From sequence record MW460245.1: DNA of 64,000 nucleotides. The stretch is one strand, 5' to 3'. Below are positions 26,001-34,135 of the stretch, one piece after another. Under the pieces are notes generated by a model that searched no databases, had not been told where the DNA came from, and worked only from the letters and a program-made list of their open reading frames with translations. Within the stretch, counting starts at the first letter, position 1, and every line of letters starts with the position of its first letter. Made by a program: the position numbers and the translations under genes.

Positions 26001-26798
26001 CAGGATGCTTTGCTGTGGAACAAGGACCTCGGTGCATTCGATGCTTCGCACGGTGGTGTTGCTTCCAAGATCACCAACGTGGCTGACGGTGCGGTCAACG
26101 CTGACTCGAAGGACGCTGTCAACGGCAGCCAGCTGTACAAGTCGATCCAGAATGCTGGTAACCAGTTCGGTTACATCAAATACGACCAGCATGTCGACGG
26201 TTCGATCAACTACGGCAGCATCACGCTGGGTGGTGGTCAAGGTGGTCTGACGCAGATCCACAACGTCGCCGATGGTGTGGCTCCGACTGATGCTGTCAAC
26301 GTTCGTCAGATGGAACAGCATGTGAAGGTCGTCTCGCAAGAGACGGTCAAGAACTACTGGAACGACCACAAGGATGAGCTGAAGGGTGATAAGGGCGACA
26401 CCGGCGCAGCGGGTCCGCAAGGTCCGAAGGGCGACGATGGTGCAGCAGGCCCGGCAGGTCCGAACCAACCGGCACCTCTTCCGGAAGGTCTGGCAACGCA
26501 AGACGATCTGGGCAAGGTGCAGCGTGACCTGAACGGTCTGCGTGGCGATATGAGCGCGCTCAAGAAGGACATGAACGCAGGTATCGCATCGGCGATGGCT
26601 GTTGCATCGCTCCCGCAACCGAACCGTCCGGGCGAAAACATGGTCGCACTGGGCACGGCAACGTACCAGGGCGCACAAGGTTTCGCGATCGGCATCTCGC
26701 GTGTCACGTCGAACGATAAGTGGGTCATCAAGGGTGCAGTGACGACCAACACGCGTGGTGCGTTCGGTGCAGCACTTGGCGCTGGCTACAAGTTCTAA
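23013..26798 (+). CDS. YadA-family trimeric autotransporter adhesin
   Basis: Signal peptide; YadA head repeats (AMAIG/SVAIG..A.A); neck motifs DAVN..QL; stalk coiled coils; C-terminal anchor GIASAMAVASLPQ...GAGYKF. Confidence 0.95.
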   Translation: MQKTQVSILVASLFAAAGVNAAGSLQFVDRGNPNQIAKDCIDGKSGSGCVGTRSSGYVAVSTASPILQGNGAVGGTGGIAIGDRANANKDNKGTGDNNGGAMAIGVAAQAINNSAMAIGTAAVATGNTAIAMGRQSAATGEFSMAMGNVANATGDRSVAIGHSANAVGVQSVAIGNSAGGANDGVSQGASYDAATQTRSVGARSVAIGANAQTTGDDQIAIGNGARGMTSVAGKAAFSNEAVAATGAVSFGDPKGTGVQRQIKGIAGATDGNDAVNLNQLTAVNSSLSTSIGAVDQRVTTVDNRVTTVSNSLSTSINTTNQNVTNLSTSVDSSVKSLNTSITNVDNRVTNMGASLSTSISNIDGRVTVNEGNITNLQAADKLNVKYDSLSKDKVTLGGANGTVLSNVKAGTADTDAVNVGQLNGKLAPINTSITNINTSLSTATSNITNLQGDVKNLSTTVGGHTTQINNLSTSLNTTNQNVSNLTNVVNGHTTDIGALQEADKRNVKYDGASGFDSVTLAGGKNGTKVTNVADGALTATSKDAVNGSQLYATNQNLTNLGDTVNQIDGRVTKVEGNITSIGDKVTNIDNSVNGLKQDALQWNSTMGAYDASHGSGEAQKITNVADGKVAAGSKDAINGGQLYDAVKDGVSNGTKNAVQYDGDDHTKVTLGGVGGTTITNVKAGELSATSKDAVNGSQLFETNTNVLNLDGRVTNIDGRVTNLDGRVTKVEGDVTNVINGEVGLVQQHGARNPITVGKDTLGGVVKFNNADGETRTLAGVTAGVADTDAVNVKQLTTATGNLQNQINVQGDTIVKHGDTLVQQGNAITNLNTSVTNLGDKVTNIDGRVTTNTTNIQALQQDALQFNKTVGAYDATRGGNATKITGVAAGNVNATSTDAINGSQLYATEQKIKDGIAGDMKNVVKYTDDTHAGIALDGKGGTKITNVRAGTLSNTSTDAVNGSQLFATNNAVTNLDQRVTKNETSITNLDNSVNGLKQDALLWNKDLGAFDASHGGVASKITNVADGAVNADSKDAVNGSQLYKSIQNAGNQFGYIKYDQHVDGSINYGSITLGGGQGGLTQIHNVADGVAPTDAVNVRQMEQHVKVVSQETVKNYWNDHKDELKGDKGDTGAAGPQGPKGDDGAAGPAGPNQPAPLPEGLATQDDLGKVQRDLNGLRGDMSALKKDMNAGIASAMAVASLPQPNRPGENMVALGTATYQGAQGFAIGISRVTSNDKWVIKGAVTTNTRGAFGAALGAGYKF
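24627..25110 (+). repeat. intragenic 37-bp exact direct repeat in the autotransporter stalk
   Basis: GCAACGTCGAAGGACGCAGTGAACGGCTCGCAGCTCT at 24627-24663 and 25074-25110. Confidence 0.85.
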
Positions 26799-26822
26799 GG
26801 CAGTAAAGTAAGTGCAGCATTC

Positions 26823-26902
26823 GGGAGGGCTTCGGCCCTCTCCTTCGTCGCGTGACGAGCACACCCCAAAGGGCGGCCCGTCATCGTACAGGTCGCCCTT
26901 TT
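26823..26902 (+). terminator. two tandem hairpin terminators
   Basis: GGAGGGC-TTCG-GCCCTC.. at 26823-26843 and GGGCGGCC-loop-GGTCGCCC-TTTT at 26871-26902. Confidence 0.65.
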
Positions 26903-26914
26903 CTCGTTTCTACC

Positions 26915-27322
26915 ATGACTCAACCGACTGAATCCAAACCGATCAAGGTCCTGCGCCTTAGCGCCCACAACGTGCTGGCGCGTATGTTTCACTTGCACGG
27001 CAACACCTACCAGATCATTGTCACGCGTGGTGATGAGTTCGGGCCGGTGAGCCGTACCCAGAACATCACTGGCGAGTCTGTCCGCCACGCGAAGACTCGA
27101 TTCCAGGAGTGGACGGCAACGCACTACCCTGAAGTTCCGCATAACCCGCCGCCTGCCCCTCGAATTCCACCGCGTCCGGTAGCGCCTCCGATGCCAGTAC
27201 CTGTCAGACCGCCGCAGTTCTTTGATGTACCTATTGAAATGCCGGAACACAAGCGTGGCCGTGCGGAACGCCGCGATTCCCATCGCCGTGAACATTCGCG
27301 CAAAGAAGCGCGCTGGAACTAA
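26915..27322 (+). CDS. hypothetical protein with proline-rich region
   Basis: ORF after the terminators; PPPAPRIPPRPVAPPMPVPVRPP; weak RBS. Confidence 0.65.
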   Translation: MTQPTESKPIKVLRLSAHNVLARMFHLHGNTYQIIVTRGDEFGPVSRTQNITGESVRHAKTRFQEWTATHYPEVPHNPPPAPRIPPRPVAPPMPVPVRPPQFFDVPIEMPEHKRGRAERRDSHRREHSRKEARWN

Positions 27323-27332
27323 GGAGAAGGAA

Positions 27333-27752
27333 ATGATTGTCGAAGAGATCAAGAAGGTGGAGAAGCGCCTGGACGTCACCCGCGCGAATCTGGAACTGTG
27401 GCGTCGCGAGCATCATATCCACAACGACACATCCTCGCATCGTTGCTACAGCCGTGCGTTGCTGCAACACCTGACGGTACTGGATGTGTTCGTGACGACA
27501 CTTGGTATCTCACTCAACGAAAAGGAGTTGGAGGCTATTCGTGACGAGTGGGACAAGGTCGATCAGCCGCTGCCTGCAATGATCGACGGTCGCATTCGCC
27601 CGCGCACTGAGTGTCCGTACCGCGCTAAGTGCGAGATCGCGCAAGACGGTGCATGTCATCACCTCGGTGTGAAGCACCTGCAAGCTTTCTCGTGTGCAAC
27701 AGCACGTGGCTTTGCGCTGGTCGAACGCAACGAATCGGAGGAGAAGGCGTGA
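27333..27752 (+). CDS. hypothetical protein with Cys/His cluster
   Basis: AAGGAG RBS; CPYRAKC...CHHLG...FSCATARG. Confidence 0.75.
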   Translation: MIVEEIKKVEKRLDVTRANLELWRREHHIHNDTSSHRCYSRALLQHLTVLDVFVTTLGISLNEKELEAIRDEWDKVDQPLPAMIDGRIRPRTECPYRAKCEIAQDGACHHLGVKHLQAFSCATARGFALVERNESEEKA

Positions 27753-28234
27753 ACTCTCTCAACAGAACCCGCATCCGAGAGATGCCTGCAGGTAGTGACC
27801 TGTTCGAACAGGCACCTCACCTGAAGACCATCTGGTCGCCCGAGAAAACGGCGCTTGCCGCAGAGTACGCGAAGGCTGATGCAGGCACAGGCGAGGTGTT
27901 CGCTATCACCTACGACAAGGCAGTGGTTGGGACTACCGGCTTCTTCATCGAGCCCGGCGATCCGATCGACACTGTTCGCCTGCGCTGGACCGGTGTCATT
28001 GAGCAATACAGGCGCCGCGGTATCACGCGCGATGCTCTCACGCTGCTGGTGCCGAAGCTGCGTGCCAAGTATCCGCAGTGCATCAAGATTCTTGAAGCTG
28101 TACCGATCAACGACAACGGCAAGAACTTCATCATCCCTTTCTTCACGTCGATGGGCTTCGTACCGCAAGGTGAGCCGTACAAGGAAGACTGGGCCGACCA
28201 CATGTGGCAAGATTACGTTTGGAACAAGGAATGA
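27749..28234 (+). CDS. GNAT-family acetyltransferase
   Basis: GGAGG RBS; WTGVIEQYRRRGIT = acetyl-CoA motif A; FFTSMGF at the end. Confidence 0.75.
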   Translation: MNSLNRTRIREMPAGSDLFEQAPHLKTIWSPEKTALAAEYAKADAGTGEVFAITYDKAVVGTTGFFIEPGDPIDTVRLRWTGVIEQYRRRGITRDALTLLVPKLRAKYPQCIKILEAVPINDNGKNFIIPFFTSMGFVPQGEPYKEDWADHMWQDYVWNKE

Positions 28235-28776
28235 AAACTCTCACCGTCACCAAAGACACCACGGCCCAAGAGATTTTCGACTTCGTGGCGCATCACCTGC
28301 TGCTCCAGGCATGGCCTGCTATGTCGAAGGACGGGCAAAACTGCACCTTCCGAGGTCAAGGGCGAGCCTGTTCGGTCGGTTGCCTGATTCCGAATCCTAT
28401 GTACAGCAAGCTCATGGAAGGGCAGGCGAGCGACGACCTCATCCACGCAGCACGGAACTTTCTGGACGAGCATCCGGACCAGCGCAACGCAGCAGAAGAC
28501 AACTATGGAATCGGCGAGGCGCGTGCCCGTTATTTCGTCCTGCTCGAACCGCACCAGAGCCTCTTGTCTGCCCTGCTGGACGCACACGACTCGTACTACG
28601 AGGCATTCAAAAGCGAAGCAACCGGCTGGACTGCGCCTGACAGGGCAACTAAGGCAGGCAAGCGTACCGTGCGAGACTTCTGGCTTCGGCGACTGGCCTA
28701 TGTGGCTCAATCGTACAAGCTCCAGTACGACATGGCAAAGGTCGAGTATTACTTCAACAACGTACATCCCATCTGA
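28231..28776 (+). CDS. hypothetical phage protein
   Basis: ATGA-coupled; C.FRG..GRACSVGCLIP...Y motif. Confidence 0.75.
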   Translation: MKTLTVTKDTTAQEIFDFVAHHLLLQAWPAMSKDGQNCTFRGQGRACSVGCLIPNPMYSKLMEGQASDDLIHAARNFLDEHPDQRNAAEDNYGIGEARARYFVLLEPHQSLLSALLDAHDSYYEAFKSEATGWTAPDRATKAGKRTVRDFWLRRLAYVAQSYKLQYDMAKVEYYFNNVHPI

Positions 28777-28785
28777 GGAGCCATC

Positions 28786-28971
28786 ATGGCAACCGTTCTG
28801 CATCGCGGTGTTAAACCTTCCGAGAAGAAACACAAGGTCACCTGTGACTCGTGCAACTCCGTGATTGAGTATCAGCAGCATGAAGGCAAGGTCACCTACG
28901 ACCAGCGCGACGGCAACTTCATCACCTTCAAGTGTGAAGTGTGCGACTCTAACATCAACAAGGCCATCTGA
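28786..28971 (+). CDS. small Zn-ribbon protein
   Basis: GAGGAG RBS; CDSC...CEVC. Confidence 0.75.
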   Translation: MATVLHRGVKPSEKKHKVTCDSCNSVIEYQQHEGKVTYDQRDGNFITFKCEVCDSNINKAI

Positions 28972-28978
28972 GGTCTCT

Positions 28979-29506
28979 ATGCTCTGGGCACGTCTCAAAT
29001 CCATTCACCGGCTTCACAACTATCACGGCATCGGCGAAACGCCGTGGTGGCAAGGCAACATGTCGAATCCTCGTGACTTCATCCATATGATGACGGTCTA
29101 TCAGTCGTCATTGAAGAATTACTACGAGGCTTCGAATCGCGAGCAGTTCCGGGACGAACGCGATCCTGGTCACTTCTACCTCATCGAGATTTTCGATCGT
29201 ATCGAGGTGGGCTACAAGAAGTACGAGTACAAATCCAGAGGCTTCGTCGGCCTGTTCGATAAGCACGCACGCGAATGGCTGCAACCTCACGCGAAGGAAA
29301 ACGCGTGGTGCAAAACGCATTGGGAATATCCGGTGTTCGTGTTTTCTGACTGCTATCAGTACACGGAGACCGATGGATTCGGCCGCGTTGGTGTCCCAGG
29401 AGCCAGCAATGGCATGTACCATACGCTGGGGACCGAGGAGGCTCTGTTGAAACGGGCCCAGGAGTTCTGGAAGAAAAACAAGATGCGTGAAAAGGTGAGC
29501 GCATGA
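28979..29506 (+). CDS. hypothetical phage protein
   Basis: GAGG RBS. Confidence 0.75.
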   Translation: MLWARLKSIHRLHNYHGIGETPWWQGNMSNPRDFIHMMTVYQSSLKNYYEASNREQFRDERDPGHFYLIEIFDRIEVGYKKYEYKSRGFVGLFDKHAREWLQPHAKENAWCKTHWEYPVFVFSDCYQYTETDGFGRVGVPGASNGMYHTLGTEEALLKRAQEFWKKNKMREKVSA

Positions 29507-29934
29507 AAACGCGTATTCAGGATGTCTGCAAACTCATTTGGGACCTGCGCGACCATCGGCATGTTGTCATCTACGACACCCTGTCCACGCTGACTGAGTT
29601 CAGTGAGTGCCTTTCCGAGCACATAGGCTGTCTGAACTTCGACTCGCGAGTCCGCATTCTCGGTTCGCTTCGAAGCGATACAGCCATCCAGCATGACCTT
29701 CAGGCCTTCGACGAAGGGCATGTCGAGGTGTTGTGTATCTCGCGTAACAAGCTGGCTGGGTATCGCATCAACTGTCAGGGCTACCCTGTGACCGTGTCGG
29801 CTATCTGCGACATGCAGACCAACGAGGTGCTGCAGGCGATGGCACGTTTCGGCCTGTCGGTCGATCTTCGCAACAAACTTCCTGGAGTGTGGGATGGCGT
29901 TCAATCCGCAGCAAGAATTCAAGATGACCGCTGA
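29503..29934 (+). CDS. hypothetical protein resembling a stand-alone degenerate helicase C-terminal domain
   Basis: LQAFDEGHVEVLCISRNKLAGYRI and LQAMARFG resemble SF2 motifs V and VI. Confidence 0.55.
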   Translation: MKTRIQDVCKLIWDLRDHRHVVIYDTLSTLTEFSECLSEHIGCLNFDSRVRILGSLRSDTAIQHDLQAFDEGHVEVLCISRNKLAGYRINCQGYPVTVSAICDMQTNEVLQAMARFGLSVDLRNKLPGVWDGVQSAARIQDDR

Positions 29935-30364
29935 TGTCATCCCCTTCACGCCCTATGTGGCGCGTCGCATTGTGCAGCAGTTCATTGCTGACGTGGACGA
30001 CGACAAGCGCATCCGCCCTATGCTGTCTGTGTGGTACGAGGCGAACGGTGTGAAGGCATACCTGCGCCTTGGTCGCTACAACGATCCGGACGGCAATCCG
30101 CGTTACGCCATCGTTCTCGCCAACATCGGCGTCCCTGAAGTCATGCGACGCCAAGGCGTGTTCACCGACGTTGTGGAGTACATGGCCGAGTTCGCGGCGA
30201 TGCGCAAGTACGGCCTCATCATCGAGAACGCGCTGACGAAGCACGTGGCGAAGTTCGCCAAGAAGCGCAAGTACGTGCCTTCGATCAACTCGCCCGACAG
30301 CTTCTGGCATCCCGCGTTTCGCGATATTGGGCCATGCCCTTGGGTCAAAGCAGCAGGACGCTAG
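29894..30364 (+). CDS. GNAT-family acetyltransferase
   Basis: LANIGVPEVMRRQGVF = motif A; start may be 29924. Confidence 0.7.
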   Translation: MAFNPQQEFKMTADVIPFTPYVARRIVQQFIADVDDDKRIRPMLSVWYEANGVKAYLRLGRYNDPDGNPRYAIVLANIGVPEVMRRQGVFTDVVEYMAEFAAMRKYGLIIENALTKHVAKFAKKRKYVPSINSPDSFWHPAFRDIGPCPWVKAAGR

Positions 30365-30376
30365 ACTCACACACGT

Positions 30377-30438
30377 CGCGAAAACGTGCTATAATGTGCT
30401 TACGCGCACCACGGACAGGTGTTGCGTAGAAACAACAC
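30377..30438 (+). promoter_or_regulatory. early promoter module with downstream palindrome
   Basis: CGCGAAAACGTGCTATAAT 30377-30395; GTGTTG-CGTAGAAA-CAACAC 30419-30438. Confidence 0.8.
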
Positions 30439-30450
30439 TAGGAGGAACGC

Positions 30451-30798
30451 ATGGATGCTGCGATTGCATCAATGATCGGCGCCCCTATCGCGACGTGCAC
30501 CAGTACGTTGCTGCGGGGTTTTCAAAACAAGGCAGTAGCTGCTAATGACAAGCGGCAAGCGTTCGTCGTCGGTAGCATCATGAATGCAGCAGACGTTCTG
30601 GTCATCGCGTCTGTGGCAGCGCACGCATCGATTGCCGTCGTCTTGCTCGCTGCCTTAGGCGCAGGCATCGGGTGGGTGTCAGGTATGACGATCCATGATC
30701 GTCTGAATCGTAAGAAACGCGAGCAGCTCAAGATTGAGAAACGAGCGAAGGAAAAGCGAAGGATCATCAAGGTCGTTCGCGAACTGAACCAGAAGTAA
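30451..30798 (+). CDS. small membrane protein
   Basis: AGGAGG RBS; three hydrophobic segments, basic tail. Confidence 0.75.
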   Translation: MDAAIASMIGAPIATCTSTLLRGFQNKAVAANDKRQAFVVGSIMNAADVLVIASVAAHASIAVVLLAALGAGIGWVSGMTIHDRLNRKKREQLKIEKRAKEKRRIIKVVRELNQK

Positions 30799-30829
30799 TC
30801 ATCTACAACACCTATAAGGAACCTCTGAA

Positions 30830-31237
30830 ATGTCGAAAGTAATCCGTCGTGCATCGGGCGTCATCGCGTATCAATTCGCCGACGAAGGTCAGATCGAAGT
30901 CGTGCTGGTGAAGAAAACGAACGGTCGAGGCTGGACCTTCCCGAAGGGGGGCGTGGAGCTGTTCCAGTCGGATGCGACGAACGCCACGAAGGAAGCTTAT
31001 GAAGAGGCTGGCATCATCGGTGCTATCGAAAGCAAACTGGGCTTCTACCGCTACACGAAGGACGACGTGAAGCAACACGTGGTTCTGTTCCAGATGCGCA
31101 TTGCGATGCTGCTGGATGACTATCCGGAATCGGAGATCCGAAAGCGTCAGGTCTGTCTGTATGACGAAGCTGTGGAACTCCTCGACAAGGACAACCGCAA
31201 GCTGCTCGACGAATTGATCGAGAACCTGCAGCAGTAA
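30830..31237 (+). CDS. Nudix hydrolase (DIPP/Ap4A-hydrolase-like)
   Basis: WTFPKGG..Q.......KEAYEEAGI variant Nudix box. Confidence 0.85.
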   Translation: MSKVIRRASGVIAYQFADEGQIEVVLVKKTNGRGWTFPKGGVELFQSDATNATKEAYEEAGIIGAIESKLGFYRYTKDDVKQHVVLFQMRIAMLLDDYPESEIRKRQVCLYDEAVELLDKDNRKLLDELIENLQQ

Positions 31238-31270
31238 ATAGGCAGTGGGCACCCTAATGTGGTGCCCTCT
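31234..31270 (+). promoter_or_regulatory. putative late promoter followed by a hairpin
   Basis: CAGTAAATAG 31232-31241; GGGCACC-CTAATGT-GGTGCCC 31247-31267. Confidence 0.5.
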
Positions 31271-31300
31271 ATTCATTTCTGACGATAGGAACCACCGAAC

Positions 31301-33199
31301 ATGGCAACGAAGGCGTTTGATCTGGAACGAGCGAAGGCGCGATACCTCACCGCGAAGGAAGCGTACTACAACGACGATGAACCGGTGATGTCGGACAAGG
31401 CGTTCGACAAGTTGGAAGACCAGATTCGTGAGCACGATCCGAAGTGGAAAGAGCTGATGAAGACCGGCGCGCGTGTCGCGAACAAGAAAACGGAAGTGGC
31501 GCTGGAATGGCTCATGCCTTCCCTGGAGAAGAAGTACCCGGAGAAGGTAGACGCGTGGATCACGAAATACATGCGTTCAGCCTCCTCCATCGTGATGGCA
31601 AAGATGGACGGCACGTCGCTCGAACTGATCTATGATCGAGGGTTACCGAGTCGTCTCATCACGCGTGGTGACGGGGAGCGCGGTGGTGATGTATCGTTCC
31701 TGCTGCCCGCACTTGTGAAGGCTGGTTCGATCCCGAAGCGTATCTCGTTCAAGGAGCGGATCGGGCTGCGGTGTGAAGCCATCATGAAGGAGCTTACGTT
31801 CCAGCGTAAGTGGAGTGTGAAGGCGAAGGGTGAGAAGGCAGGCTTCAAGAATGGCCGCAACATGGTCAACGGGCTGTTCAACCGTCAGGACGCCCATCCC
31901 GCGCTGGCCGACGTTGACATCGTGGTGCTTGGTGTCTTCGACTGGGACCTCGACACTGGTCTCGCAGAGATGGCTGAGGCCGGCTTCACCGTAGTCGAGC
32001 ATAAGCGCGTGAGGCGTGGCGCACTCAATGGCGTGAAGCTGGCGGCCATGCTGGCTCGCTTCATGGAAGCATCGCCGTACCTGATGGACGGGCTTGTCGT
32101 AGCCAACTATGACTTCATCTACACCTACGAGACGGTTGATAAGCCGAAGGCGATCGCCGCGTTCAAGATGAATGACGACGAGAACGCGCCCCAGGTAACG
32201 GTAGGCAAGGTCGTGTGGCAGCGCACGCGCCTGAATCGTCACGCACCGAAGGTCATGTTCAAGGAACCGATCGAGATCGATGGCGTTATGGTCACCTACG
32301 CGACGTGTCATAACGCTAAGTGGATGATGGACCGAGGCATTGGTCCAGGCGCTGTCATCAAGGTACTGCGCAGCGGTGGCGTGATTCCGAAGATTGTCGG
32401 CGTTGTGAAGAAGGCAAAGACACTGCAATGGCCGGAAGGTGCCTATCGTTGGGACGGCGTTCACCTTGTAGGGGACGACGACAACGAAACGCGCTCGGAG
32501 CAGATCCTGTTTGGTCTCAAGACGCTGGGCGTCGAGCATATCGCCTCAGGCACCATCGTGAAGTTGCTTGACAGCTTCCCGCGCCTCACCGACTACATCG
32601 AGGCAGCTCAGTACGATCAGCCGGACAAGATCATGAAGCGTGTTCTTGGTTCGGAGAAGGTGACCGCAAAGATTCACGCAGAGCTAGTGAAGAACCTGCG
32701 CGTTATCGACGTGAAGAAGCTGATGGTGGCATCTGGATGCTTCGATGCCGGCGTTGGTCTGCGACGCCTGACGATGATTCAGGATAACGGTCTCAAGCTG
32801 CGTGAAGCACTGACGCTGAGTCCCACGCGTCTGCGCCAGACGCTGCTGGAGATGAAGGGGTTCCAGGAGAAGACCGCGAAGCTCATCATCGAGGGCTTCG
32901 AAGCCTTCGAGGTGTTCTATAAGGAAAGCCTGACCCGCAAGGTCAAGCTGGTCGAGAAGACCAAGCAGAAGGTTCAAGGCGGTGCATTGAATGGCCTGAC
33001 CGTCTCGTTCACTGGCTTCCGTAGCAAGGAAGCGGAAGCCCAGATCGAAGCAGCTGGTGGGGAGGTTATCTCATTCAGCGGTAAGACGAAGGTTCTGATT
33101 TATGCCGAGGACGGCAAACCGAGCAGTAAGGTAGCAAAGGCTGGGGACCGTGCCATGACCTGGCCTGCTTTTGTGAAGAAGTACCTGGCATCTAAGTGA
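31301..33199 (+). CDS. ligA: NAD-dependent DNA ligase
   Basis: Domain Ia YYN..EPVMSD..FD, KMDG adenylation motif, RGDG..G.DV, DGLVV, OB domain RSGGVIPKI, HhH, C-terminal BRCT. Confidence 0.95.
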   Translation: MATKAFDLERAKARYLTAKEAYYNDDEPVMSDKAFDKLEDQIREHDPKWKELMKTGARVANKKTEVALEWLMPSLEKKYPEKVDAWITKYMRSASSIVMAKMDGTSLELIYDRGLPSRLITRGDGERGGDVSFLLPALVKAGSIPKRISFKERIGLRCEAIMKELTFQRKWSVKAKGEKAGFKNGRNMVNGLFNRQDAHPALADVDIVVLGVFDWDLDTGLAEMAEAGFTVVEHKRVRRGALNGVKLAAMLARFMEASPYLMDGLVVANYDFIYTYETVDKPKAIAAFKMNDDENAPQVTVGKVVWQRTRLNRHAPKVMFKEPIEIDGVMVTYATCHNAKWMMDRGIGPGAVIKVLRSGGVIPKIVGVVKKAKTLQWPEGAYRWDGVHLVGDDDNETRSEQILFGLKTLGVEHIASGTIVKLLDSFPRLTDYIEAAQYDQPDKIMKRVLGSEKVTAKIHAELVKNLRVIDVKKLMVASGCFDAGVGLRRLTMIQDNGLKLREALTLSPTRLRQTLLEMKGFQEKTAKLIIEGFEAFEVFYKESLTRKVKLVEKTKQKVQGGALNGLTVSFTGFRSKEAEAQIEAAGGEVISFSGKTKVLIYAEDGKPSSKVAKAGDRAMTWPAFVKKYLASK

Positions 33200-33206
33200 G
33201 ATCATT

Positions 33207-33815
33207 ATGACCTACGAAGAGCGTCAACAACAAATTGAGGAAGCGTTTCGTCTCATTCGAAATAAGACTAGGTTCATCCCTATCGAAGCATTCGAGGAGG
33301 GCATGTGGTACTGGTTCCATACTTACGTGGAACGCAAAGGCAAGATTGAGCCGCGCCTGATGCCTGGGCAGGCTACGATGTTCAAGGGGCAACAATGCGT
33401 TCGTCATTCCTTCAAGCAAGATCCGACTCCCGTAGCCAAGCTACGCGTCGTCGGCGGCCGTAAGGTCGGCCTGTTCGGATCGCTCATCATGGAAGCTCGC
33501 ATGATGGAGCGGGACGGTGAACCGCAACGTGCTCTCGAGATTTGGGAGGAGGCCATGAAGACCATGTCTCCCGATGAAATCGCGGAGCGCGAGATTCATG
33601 CGCAACAGTACAGCCGCAAACCAGCATGGCGTCCGGCACTGGCACCTCCCGCCCCTGACTACTCAGCGCAGGCCAAGGCTCGCTGGGAAGCGAACCGTAA
33701 GCGTAGTGAGGAAGCACTGAAAGAGATATACGTGTCGCATGCTGACCGTAACCAAAGCATGCTGGACAGGCTTCTTGGTCTGTTTGGCCTTCAACGAATC
33801 GCAAAGGAGCAGTGA
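33207..33815 (+). CDS. hypothetical phage protein
   Basis: Clean ORF between coupled genes. Confidence 0.75.
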   Translation: MTYEERQQQIEEAFRLIRNKTRFIPIEAFEEGMWYWFHTYVERKGKIEPRLMPGQATMFKGQQCVRHSFKQDPTPVAKLRVVGGRKVGLFGSLIMEARMMERDGEPQRALEIWEEAMKTMSPDEIAEREIHAQQYSRKPAWRPALAPPAPDYSAQAKARWEANRKRSEEALKEIYVSHADRNQSMLDRLLGLFGLQRIAKEQ

Positions 33816-34135
33816 TGGACGAGCGTAACGTGTACACCAAGCGTTGGAATGGGAAGGGTTTCGCATTCATCCAGACGATGAATCTGGAGAACGATACTGC
33901 CTACTACCATTCGGCTGACGGAAAGCTGCTGATGGAGGTCGATAGCCACGGTAACTGCAAGGACGGTGAGGGTAATCCGTTCGGACGCTTCGTCTTAGAT
34001 TGGCGTGCCCAGCACTGGAATTATGAGGCTGTTGATGGCACCAAGATCGAAACACCGTTCACCAAACTGTTCGATCAAGCTGAACCGCATGTCGTTGCGA
34101 AGCTGTTTGCGTCGAAGGCAGCGGAGGCGTCATGA
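33812..34135 (+). CDS. hypothetical phage protein
   Basis: AAGGAG RBS; GTGA overlap. Confidence 0.75.
   Translation: MMDERNVYTKRWNGKGFAFIQTMNLENDTAYYHSADGKLLMEVDSHGNCKDGEGNPFGRFVLDWRAQHWNYEAVDGTKIETPFTKLFDQAEPHVVAKLFASKAAEAS

Noticed and set aside
23013-26798. Diversity-generating retroelement or shufflon acting on the adhesin repeats
   Set aside because: No reverse transcriptase or recombinase is in the window, and there is no template/variable repeat pair differing at adenines. The repeats are ordinary stalk-module duplications.
23010-26864. 1284-aa ORF on the minus strand
   Set aside because: It is the exact antisense shadow of the repetitive, codon-biased autotransporter gene; no RBS and no recognisable motifs.
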